Source of the DNA: an uncultured Nitrososphaerota archaeon
GTDB lineage: Archaea > Thermoproteota > Nitrososphaeria > Conexivisphaerales > DTJL01
Direction: 5' to 3'
NCBI GenBank assembly: GCA_963842885.1
Contig: CAWJIE010000005.1
Location: 32,001-96,000 of the forward strand
DNA: 64,000 nt
Part shown: positions 1 to 7,419 of the stretch, piece after piece
Numbering within the stretch: the stretch's first letter is position 1
Layout of the letters: every line of letters begins with the position of its first letter
Position numbers and translations under genes: made by a program
The notes under the pieces: model-generated
Database searches by the model: none
Told to the model about the DNA's origin: nothing
Seen by the model: only the letters and a program-made list of their open reading frames with translations

Positions 1-98
1 CCCCGCCGACCGAAGCGTCCTACGCGTTGGAAGTCAACGCTGGCTTTGTCGCCGCCCACAACGTTTCCCTCGGAGACACTTTCTCTCTGACATCATAG
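1..98 (+). CDS. DUF192-family protein, C-terminal fragment (runs off window)
   Basis: Frame from nt 3 reads PPTEASYALEVNAGFVAAHNVSLGDTFSLTS*, matching the DUF192 C-terminal 'YALE.NAG....I..GD' pattern. Confidence 0.75.
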   Translation, partial: PPTEASYALEVNAGFVAAHNVSLGDTFSLTS

Positions 99-109
99 TC
101 CGCGCGCTC

Positions 110-240
110 TGAGGCCCGCCGTCCTCGTCTACCCCCGCCGAACGCGGTACTGTGGGGTGAAGCCGGATGACGTGCCTTCGATCATCGAAGAGCATGCATG
201 CAAGGGAAGGCCTGTCAACACGCTCGCCTGCCCCGACTGA
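110..240 (+). pseudogene. 5'-truncated thioredoxin-like (2Fe-2S) ferredoxin remnant
   Basis: From 121 reads VLVYPRRTRYCGVKPDDVPSIIEEHACKGRPVNTL, matching 'V.VYP...WY..V.P.DV..I..EH...G.PV..L'; no start codon or N-terminal Cys. Confidence 0.6.
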
Positions 241-286
241 CGGCGGTTTAGGCGGCCGGCGCTGCCCATCCCTTGAGAGCTCAGAG

Positions 287-416
287 TGCGAGGGGTGGGG
301 TTTGAACCCACGAAGGCCTACGCCAGCGGATCTTAAGTCTGGGCACCCTCCGAACGGGCACCGCCCCCTATGGTCGCTACGGTGCGCCGGCTTTGGCCAG
401 GCTTGGGTACCCTCGC
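287..416 (-). tRNA. tRNA-Leu(TAA) with two introns (21/22: 370-392; 30/31: 339-360)
   Basis: Removing two BHB-bounded inserts gives a full cloverleaf: GCGAGGG/CCCTCGC acceptor, GCGGA/TCCGC anticodon stem, CT-TAA-GA loop, long variable arm, GTGGG-TTCAAAC-CCCAC T arm. Confidence 0.92.
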
Positions 417-528
417 AGCTTTGCCCAAGGGCAAAGTCGTCTATTAAGCGTTTCAGGGACGGCCGCCTTTCACGGCCACTCTCCGAGGTAATGATTTAAA
501 GGGTGATGCGTAGCCTCCTATTGGAAGC

Positions 529-602
529 GGGCCCGTAGCTCAGCATGGTAGAGCGACCGGCTCATAACCGGTCGGTCAAGGGTTCAAGTCCCTTCGGGCC
601 CA
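529..602 (+). tRNA. tRNA with CAT anticodon, most likely tRNA-Ile2
   Basis: Intron-less cloverleaf with GGGCCCG/CGGGCCC acceptor typical of archaeal Ile2; ACCGG-CTCATAA-CCGGT arm; TTTAAA box at 495-500. Confidence 0.9.
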
Positions 603-718
603 TGAAATCTTTCTACTCTTGACCATATTCTTCCATGTTCTTCGTGATCCATTTCTTATCGTGTTGGATGATGTACACACGCCCTGACGGGCCAATCCTC
701 TGGATCGCTTGCAGTGCA

Positions 719-780
719 GGAATCCGTTCTTGGGCGAGATTGGTATCCATCTGGAGGCGAATCCCCAACGGTGCGGACTC
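719..780. repeat. Repeat family A, copy 1
   Basis: 22-bp core CGAATCCCCAACGGTGCGGACT (758-779) is identical to 2323-2344; GGAATCCG is shared upstream. Confidence 0.85.
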
Positions 781-810
781 GATGGTGTTAAGCTGGTGTG
801 GCAGGAGGGG

Positions 811-1239
811 TCAATCGGACTCTGTCTTGAGGAACGACAGCTTGATCTGCAACACGCCTTTCAAGTTCCTGAGGCTCCTTTCAAGGCTTTTCATTTCATC
901 ATAACGTCCTCTTAGGACCACGATCTTCAAGCAGCGTCTGGTGTCCATATGGATGTGGATGGAGGATGAGATTATCTTCATGCTGTGGTGCTCAAGGTCC
1001 GTCAGGGCGGCGTCTATCCCCCTGGCTTCGTGGTCGTACAATACGAGGAGGGAGCCAGTGATAGGGCTGTCATCTCTTACGGTCTGCGCCTGCTCGGTGA
1101 TGAAATCCCGCATCGTAGCCTGAATTGCCTTTGAGCGGTCTGAGAAACCAGCCCTGTCGGCGGTTTCGTCGAATTTCGTCAGAAGCTCGGGCGGCAGTGA
1201 CAGACTGATCCTCGTCACACCTTCACCTGTATGGGTCAT
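811..1239 (-). CDS. nikR: Nickel-responsive regulator NikR
   Basis: RHH N-terminus (RISLSLP..LL..FD...RSKAI), YDHE, HIHMD..CL nickel ligands. Confidence 0.93.
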   Translation of the reverse strand: MTHTGEGVTRISLSLPPELLTKFDETADRAGFSDRSKAIQATMRDFITEQAQTVRDDSPITGSLLVLYDHEARGIDAALTDLEHHSMKIISSSIHIHMDTRRCLKIVVLRGRYDEMKSLERSLRNLKGVLQIKLSFLKTESD

Positions 1240-1280
1240 TCCGATTCTGGTATTACTCGCACAGGTCGCCCGCTAATAAA

Positions 1281-1308
1281 GTATTACCAACCCACAATAT
1301 TTTAATAC
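1281..1308. promoter_or_regulatory. NikR-type operator GTATTA-N16-TAATAC
   Basis: Perfect 6-16-6 inverted repeat between divergent nikR and nikM; extra GTATTA half-site at 1250-1255. Confidence 0.8.
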
Positions 1309-1330
1309 ACAAAACGTAATCGAGCAGACG

Positions 1331-1999
1331 ATGCACATCCCAGACGGATACCTCGACCCGTCCGTCTGCCTCGTCATGTACGCGGTGTCTGCGGTCTCCC
1401 TTGCTTGGGCTCTCCACAGGATAGGTTCCAGGTCTAGCAGGTCCATGATTCCGACGATCGCTGTCTCGAGCGCGTTCGTCTTCGTCGCCCAGATGTTGAA
1501 CTTCCCCATCGTCAACGGAACCAGCGGCCACCTGGTGGGCGGTACCTTCCTCGCCATGCTCTTGGGTCCCGAAGGCGCGATGGTGGGAATGACGATCGTG
1601 CTCGTAATCGAAGCCTTCCTGTTAGGGGACGGTGGAATCACCACCTTGGGCGCCAACGCGTTCAATATGGCGGTCATCGGCGCCTTTTCGTACTACTTGG
1701 TCTTTCTGCTCGTCGATAGAGGAAGGCTCCGACCTTCTCTCGCCATCTTCATCTCGTCCCTTTCGAGCGTCCTCCTTGGGGCTCTCGCGGCAAGCTTAGA
1801 GCTGGCATCTTCGGCGACTTTCGCCCCATCGGGTAGCTTATGGATCATCCTTTCTTCTATGCTCTTCTACCATGCGATAATAGGCATAGGCGAGGGAGCC
1901 ATAACCACGGCCCTGGTGACCCAGCTCATCAGGACCCATCCTCTCTCGCTTTCGGGTCTGAACGTTATCAGGGGGCTCGTTCATGAAGGGCATACATAA
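1331..1999 (+). CDS. ECF Ni/Co transporter S component NikM/CbiM
   Basis: N-terminal MHIPDGYL metal-binding motif; GTSGHLVGG; DGGITTLGAN. Confidence 0.93.
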   Translation: MHIPDGYLDPSVCLVMYAVSAVSLAWALHRIGSRSSRSMIPTIAVSSAFVFVAQMLNFPIVNGTSGHLVGGTFLAMLLGPEGAMVGMTIVLVIEAFLLGDGGITTLGANAFNMAVIGAFSYYLVFLLVDRGRLRPSLAIFISSLSSVLLGALAASLELASSATFAPSGSLWIILSSMLFYHAIIGIGEGAITTALVTQLIRTHPLSLSGLNVIRGLVHEGHT

Positions 2000-2279
2000 G
2001 GCCCTCCTCCTGACGGCGCTGACGGCGGCCTTCCTCATTCCCGTCGCCTCTTCTAACCCAGACGGCCTCCAAAGGGTCGCCATCATCTTGGGCGCGCAAG
2101 CCCCTGCGCCTCTGTGGGCGGGCCTCATCCCTCAATCTTCCACCGCATCCCAAATCAGCGCCTACGCGGGAAGGGTCCTGGCAGCCGTTGTGGGCATGCT
2201 CCTCGTTTTTGGGATAGCCTGGCTCGTCGGCTCGGTCCTGTTGAGGAGGAGGTCCGAGCCAGGCTCAAGTCGGAGCTAG
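1983..2279 (+). CDS. NikN/PDGLE-domain accessory membrane protein
   Basis: ASSNPDGLQ (PDGLE-like) motif, two TM helices, overlaps nikM. Confidence 0.8.
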   Translation: MKGIHKALLLTALTAAFLIPVASSNPDGLQRVAIILGAQAPAPLWAGLIPQSSTASQISAYAGRVLAAVVGMLLVFGIAWLVGSVLLRRRSEPGSSRS

Positions 2280-2282
2280 ACG

Positions 2283-2345
2283 GGAATCCGATTTCCGGTG
2301 GCTTTGGGTGTCCACGTGACCACGAATCCCCAACGGTGCGGACTT
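2283..2345. repeat. Repeat family A, copy 2
   Basis: Direct repeat of 719-780 with an identical 22-bp core. Confidence 0.85.
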
Positions 2346-2377
2346 GCTGCTGAGATCGCTGAAGCGCCATCCTTGAG

Positions 2378-2418
2378 GATATCACTTTTCTTTTCCAGCA
2401 GCAATAGATATCCAAAAA
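2378..2418 (-). repeat. Repeat family B, copy 1 (inverted)
   Basis: Reverse complement TTTTTGGATATCTATTGCTGCTGGAAAAG...GATATC; related copies at 51368, 57373, 60728. Confidence 0.85.
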
Positions 2419-2423
2419 GGACC

Positions 2424-2494
2424 CATGAAGGCACAATTCCTGTTCATCTAAACTGCAGGTTGGGCAGACTTAACCCTCAATAGGCCGATTTGCA
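2424..2494 (+). repeat. Repeat family C, copy 1, containing 28-bp 11-6-11 site (2442-2469)
   Basis: GTTCATCTAAA-CTGCAG-GTTGGGCAGAC; about 70-bp similarity to 3205-3273. Confidence 0.8.
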
Positions 2495-2547
2495 CTGAGA
2501 AGAGATATAACCACCCTGGGCGGTTTCGACGACTGAGGGAAGGGGAC

Positions 2548-3201
2548 GTGACGAACGAGCAGCTCTTCAGAGTCCTGTTCTCGGCCCTCTGGATCATCTT
2601 CGTTGTCTGCATAATATGGGCAAGGTACTCGTTGAGGGAGCCGAAGGGCGAGCCGTCCGGTCATCAGACGGTTCGACACGAAAGGTGGTCGTACTTCGTA
2701 GCCCGTGCCTCGCTTGCTCCATTATGGTGGGCGGGAATAATCCTCTACACCATGCTTCCCAGTTGGATAGTGTTTCTCTCGATTCCGTTGCCTGATTGGT
2801 TCAGGTTGATAATGGTCAGCGTAACCGCTCTGAGCATTCCACTTACGCTGTGGGGTTTTCTAACGCTTGGCAAGAACTGGGTTCACGTCCTAGACCCATC
2901 GACGTTCCAACGGAGAAAGACGGCGACACTTGTGACGAGCGGCCCATACCACTATGTCAGACATCCGATGTACTTGGGAGCCTTCGCCTTTCTCTTGGCA
3001 CAAGCTCTTGTGGCAGCCAATTGGCTCATCCTTTTGCCTGCACTTGTCACAATCACGTTATTCTACACCCAGATAGGCAAGGAGGAGACGATGCTCATCG
3101 ATAGGTTCGGCGATGAATACCGTGAATACATGAAGAGAACTCCACGAATCATCCCAAGGTTCGGGCATTTGGCCCGAACAGAAGAACCCAGGCTAACTTG
3201 A
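2548..3201 (+). CDS. Isoprenylcysteine carboxyl methyltransferase (ICMT/PEMT) family membrane protein
   Basis: LGKNW, LVTSGPY.YVRHPMY, EE..L..RFG.EY.EY...T motifs. Confidence 0.9.
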   Translation: MTNEQLFRVLFSALWIIFVVCIIWARYSLREPKGEPSGHQTVRHERWSYFVARASLAPLWWAGIILYTMLPSWIVFLSIPLPDWFRLIMVSVTALSIPLTLWGFLTLGKNWVHVLDPSTFQRRKTATLVTSGPYHYVRHPMYLGAFAFLLAQALVAANWLILLPALVTITLFYTQIGKEETMLIDRFGDEYREYMKRTPRIIPRFGHLARTEEPRLT

Positions 3202-3204
3202 ATG

Positions 3205-3273
3205 CATGAAAGAATCCCTTGTTTGCCCAAGCTGCAGGTTGGGCAAACCTAGACCCGAATCAGCCCATTCGCA
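3205..3273 (+). repeat. Repeat family C, copy 2, containing palindromic 28-bp site (3221-3248)
   Basis: GTTTGCCCAAG-CTGCAG-GTTGGGCAAAC; arms 10/11 complementary. Confidence 0.85.
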
Positions 3274-3497
3274 GGTCCAAGCCTACGTCCAGGCAACAAC
3301 TCACTTCTGCCTGTCGTTGCCATCAAATGGGATGACTGGCTCGAAGCGGGCGATGAGAGCTGACATGAGAAGTTCCTCACTCAAGAACTGCAGGAGTTGA
3401 GAAGAGTAAACCCTCGTTCAGATTCGGGCGATGCGGTTACAGAACGTAAGGGACGCTTGAAGAAAAAGAAGAGTTGGGTGAGTCCGCAAAAGGAGAC

Positions 3498-3674
3498 TCA
3501 CTTTTGGGGCTTGTACTTGAGCCTGATCACAGCGATGACCAGCAGCACGACACCTATCACAATTAGGGCGGTGCCCAGACCTGAGCCGCGCAGATGAGTG
3601 CCTTTAATAGTTGCTACTGCCACTCCAGCGATAAATAGGATTATTCCTAACACCGTCAAAATGATGGCATGCAT
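3498..3674 (-). CDS. Small two-TM membrane protein
   Basis: MHAIILTVLGIILFIAGVAVA...GLGTALIVIGVVLLVIAVI followed by a basic tail; upstream TATA-like TTATATA. Confidence 0.6.
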   Translation of the reverse strand: MHAIILTVLGIILFIAGVAVATIKGTHLRGSGLGTALIVIGVVLLVIAVIRLKYKPQK

Positions 3675-3932
3675 GTTGCGGTTGTCGGTAGCCTTTACCG
3701 GTTCTGTCAATTGGAAGTCCTTCCCTATTCCGCACCACTTCTCTTCGTATATAAGCTTGTGGCGAATGAGACTAGTCACTGAACTCTTATACAGTCAGAC
3801 CGCTTTTAGCTTTGTAGCGGTGGGATGTATGTGGGATGGGTTTACCCAGCAGCAAAGTCAGACACGAGCCTAGGAGAGCAACATCCTAATCGAAACCTAG
3901 CGTCGTAGGTGGCACGTCTCGCGTTCACTTTG

Positions 3933-3950
3933 CATATTGATTTCAATATG
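3933..3950. promoter_or_regulatory. Perfect inverted repeat, putative operator
   Basis: CATATTGA-TT-TCAATATG immediately followed by TTAAA. Confidence 0.45.
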
Positions 3951-4496
3951 TTAAAGATGACTAACCTATTGAAGCATCTAGCCCCGCTGCCTGCAGAAGT
4001 CTCTAAATCATTGTGGCAGGCAAAGTAGAATCCAATCTACTAATGGCAAGGTATCCACATGGAGCCGTATCCATCCAGTTCCGTTGTCGGGCTCCAAAAA
4101 GTTCGATTTATGAACCCAAATGGGCACTCGTCCCTTTGGGCCCACCAATCAAATCCAAACCCTCTTCGTCTTGGCGAAATGAGGCTCGTCGGTATCGCAA
4201 GGGACCCGGAGCTGCTCGGCCGTCGCCACGTCATTCATCAAGCAGACAAAGCCGCAACTCTTTGTGGGCAGAAGCTCAACAGAAGGGATTTCTCCACAAT
4301 CGAGCTTCCATGGTTCGGGCAGGCGACCCGTCCGTCTCTTCCGGGATTCAAACGGCGGCAGTCGGCAAGGGGAAACGTTAGTCCTGGGCGTCGGACCATC
4401 TCCCCAGGATGCCCGTGCAGGACGCCGATGTTTAAGACGTCGTAAACAGAAATGCTTATGTAAGCGTTTTCCCTTCATAGCGTTCAAGTGTTAGAA

Positions 4497-5810
4497 TTGG
4501 CGACAGGACAGTATGTAGACATGTGGAAGGGGCTGGGACTGAACCTTGAGAAGCACGACGTACTTCTCAACGCCCTCGGGAAGATCTACGGCGACCTTTT
4601 CCTGACGCAGAAGAACAGGCCAACCGGGATGCAGTACTTCGACTTCGTCATGTCGGAGGTCCACGGCCTGCGAATAAAGGAGCTGGTGGACCGGAAGAAG
4701 GCTGGAAAGAAGATCATAGGCGCCTTCTGCCTCTACGTGCCGGAGGAGCTCGTGTACGCCTCCGATGCGACCATGGTGGGCCTCTGCGGAGGGGCCGACT
4801 TCTCGATCCCGGACGCCGAGGCAGTGCTGCCGAGGAACATCTGCCCCCTCATCAAGTCGTTCTTCGGTTTCAAGGTGGGAGGGACTTGCCCCTACTTCCA
4901 GTCCTGCGACATGGTGGTGGGCGAGACCACCTGCGACGGGAAGAAGAAGGTGTACGAAGTGCTCGAGGACTACACGCCCACCTACGTGATGGAGATACCT
5001 CACAGGGTGGACACGCCCCAGGCGAGGGCGCTCTGGCTGGCCGAGGTGAAGCAGTTCAAGCAGAAGATGGAGGACCTCACGGGCAACGCCATAGAGAAGG
5101 ACGCGCTGAAGGACGCCATCAGGCTGATCAACGCGAAGAGGACGGCCATGAGGCGGGTCAGCGAGACCAGGAGGGCCTCCCCGACGCCGATCAGCGGACT
5201 TGACGGCCTCCTCGTCAACCAGGTGAGCTTCTACGACGACGTGAACAGGTTCACCCAGAAGACCAACGAGCTGGCGGACGAGCTCGAGAAGAGGGTCAAG
5301 GAAGGCGTGGGCGTGGCCGACAAGGACAAGCCAAGGCTGATGTTCTCGGGTTGCCCCATGGCCATCCCCAACTGGAAGCTGCACTCCATCATCGAGTCGA
5401 TGGGCGTGCCCGTGGTGGCGGAGGAGAGCTGCATCGGCTCCAGGTACTTCACGGACCTCGTGGAGCCGAAGGGCGACTCCATGGAGAGCCTCCTCGAGGC
5501 GCTCGTCAACAAGTACTCCAAGATATCGTGCGCCTGCTTCACCCCCAACAAGGAGCGGATCGGCAAGGTGGTCGACATGGCCAAGGAGTTCAACGCCAGC
5601 GGCGTCGTGTACAACGTGCTGCAGTACTGCCACTCCTACAACATCGAAGCCATCAAGGTCGAGAAGGCGCTGAAGGCCGCGGGCGTCCCGATGCTGAAGA
5701 TCGAGACGGACTACGGCTCCGAGGACGTGGAGCAGATCAGGACGAGGGTCGAAGCGTTCACGGAAATGCTGCGCCCCGCAGTGACCGCTCACAAGGGCGC
5801 ATCTCCATGA
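4497..5810 (+). CDS. Double-cubane-cluster protein (DCCP) / HgdAB-fold 2-hydroxyacyl-CoA dehydratase family
   Basis: FCLYVPEE, GLCGG, LPRNICPLIKS, TCPYF, ETTCDGKKK, EESC, CACF, QYCH, IETDY motifs. Confidence 0.85.
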   Translation: MATGQYVDMWKGLGLNLEKHDVLLNALGKIYGDLFLTQKNRPTGMQYFDFVMSEVHGLRIKELVDRKKAGKKIIGAFCLYVPEELVYASDATMVGLCGGADFSIPDAEAVLPRNICPLIKSFFGFKVGGTCPYFQSCDMVVGETTCDGKKKVYEVLEDYTPTYVMEIPHRVDTPQARALWLAEVKQFKQKMEDLTGNAIEKDALKDAIRLINAKRTAMRRVSETRRASPTPISGLDGLLVNQVSFYDDVNRFTQKTNELADELEKRVKEGVGVADKDKPRLMFSGCPMAIPNWKLHSIIESMGVPVVAEESCIGSRYFTDLVEPKGDSMESLLEALVNKYSKISCACFTPNKERIGKVVDMAKEFNASGVVYNVLQYCHSYNIEAIKVEKALKAAGVPMLKIETDYGSEDVEQIRTRVEAFTEMLRPAVTAHKGASP

Positions 5811-6651
5811 CAGTGGCAGGAGTGGACATAGGCGCGGTGGCGACGAAGGTCGCCATCCTCGCCGGAGGCCAGCTGAAGGCCTTCCACATCCTGCCCACCG
5901 GCGTGGACGGCAACAGGGCGGCCAGGCGCGCCCTCAAGCTGGCGCTGGTGGAAGCAGGCTGCACTCGGGAGGACGTGGATTTCATCGTCTCGACGGGGTA
6001 CGGCAGGCGGGTCTTCAGCGAGGCGGACAAGACCGTCACGGAGATCACCGCCCACGCGGAAGGGGCGAAGATGGTCTGCCCCAGAGGCGAGGACGATTAT
6101 AGATATCGGCGGGCCAGGACAGCAAGGTGATCAGCCTCAGCGAGGAGGGTCAGGTGGCCAACTTCATGATGAACGACAAGTGCGCGGCGGGCACGGGGAG
6201 GTTCCTGGAAGTCATGTCCAGGGTGCTCCATGTCAGGGTGCGCGACATGGGGGAGCTGGCGCTCAGAAGCGCATCCCCTGCGAAGATCAACAGCATGTGC
6301 ACGGTCTTCTCCGAATCGGAGGTCATCTCGCTGCTGACCAACGGAAGGAGCCGAGAGGACGTCGCCGCGGGGCTCTGCGAATCCATAGGGAGGAGGGTCT
6401 CCTCGATGGTCAGGTACGTGGGCGTCAAGGAGAGGGTGGTGTTCACGGGAGGTGTGGCGAAGAACGTCGGCATGGTCGCAGCGCTTGAGAAGGAACTGAA
6501 GACGAGGCTGCTCATTCCCCCTGAACCACAAATCGTCGGGGCTCTCGGAGCGGCGGTGTTAGCCCAAAAGTCCGTCTCCGAAGGGGAGAAGCCCGCCTTG
6601 GTGAGGGCGAACCAGGCGACGGTGAACGACGGGGGCCAGCGCAGGACGTAG
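5807..6651 (+). CDS. ATP-dependent activator (HgdC/DCCP-R, ASKHA family), frameshifted near 6080
   Basis: GVDIG, TGYGR, TEITAH, then other frame IDIGGQDSK, MNDKCAAGTGRF, CTVFSESE, TGGVA; ATGA overlap with upstream gene. Confidence 0.9.
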
Positions 6652-6867
6652 ATGGAGATGGACTGCAGAGGGTGCGGAGGCCTCATGAGGGTAAGCGGCA
6701 ACACCTCTTGTAGCGGCGAAATCGAGTACTACTGCCACAGGTGCGCCTTGGTCGTGATCTACGATACGAAGACGATGAAGATTGACGAGAAGAAGAGCGG
6801 CGAGCACACCGACACCCTCCGGAGACTGAGGATTGAAGCCGCCGCCGAAATGAAACGTGGCAATTGA
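6652..6867 (+). CDS. Small Zn-ribbon protein
   Basis: CRGC...CHRC; abuts activator stop codon. Confidence 0.65.
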   Translation: MEMDCRGCGGLMRVSGNTSCSGEIEYYCHRCALVVIYDTKTMKIDEKKSGEHTDTLRRLRIEAAAEMKRGN

Positions 6868-7057
6868 TTTCGCCGGCCCGAATGGAGATTCGCCGTGGAA
6901 CGTGACGAGTGGGCGACGATGACTGGCGCGAAGCTGATCGAAGGTTTCCCCTCTTCATGGGTTGCCGTCCGAGGTAGCCCTATCGTGCAATATACACAAT
7001 AACGCCCCCCAAAGGGGACGGCGTTACCCGTATTCGCAGACCCTTTCCGATGGAGTC

Positions 7058-7303
7058 TTACTTGGAGCGTTTCTTGTAGGCGACCGCGCAGGCCTTGGCA
7101 TGGAACGGCAGCTTGGTCCCGCCAATGGTCTCGAAGTATGGCCCATAGACGATGATGCCTCCGCAGAAGGCGCACTTCTTCTCGCCGAATGCATCGGCGC
7201 AGGCCTTGGCATGGAACGGCAGCTTCTTTCCACCGATTACCTCGTAATAGGGCTCGTACGCGATTATTCCACCGCAGAAAGCGCATTTCAATTCTTTTGC
7301 CAA
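7058..7303 (-). CDS. Tandem TRASH/YHS-like metal-binding protein
   Basis: Two near-identical CAFCGGII..PY.E.IGG.KLPFHAKAC units. Confidence 0.8.
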   Translation of the reverse strand: MAKELKCAFCGGIIAYEPYYEVIGGKKLPFHAKACADAFGEKKCAFCGGIIVYGPYFETIGGTKLPFHAKACAVAYKKRSK

Positions 7304-7419
7304 TTACGTTCGCACCTCTTGAGCGTGCCAGAGCTTAAGAAGTTTTTCATGTTGACGATATCTATTAACGTCCACCGATGCCTTGTCTGATCTCAAGCTA
7401 GAGGAAGAGAAGAGGCCAG

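Noticed and set aside
2326-2465. Canonical integron attC (CCCCAAC...GTTGGGC)
   Set aside because: Outer boxes fit loosely but the inner L boxes do not pair, and no intI is present; kept only as a looser cassette hypothesis
4013-4494. Overlapping short ORFs upstream of the DCCP gene
   Set aside because: No recognisable motifs or consistent codon bias; possibly decayed DNA
4491-5792. Long antisense ORFs (also 16209-17426, 22628-24037, 28255-29295, 31405-32856)
   Set aside because: Shadow frames of high-GC3 genes with no protein motifs
6880-6940. Possible C/D box sRNA (CGATGA...CTGA)
   Set aside because: Only one box pair is convincing and I could not identify a target
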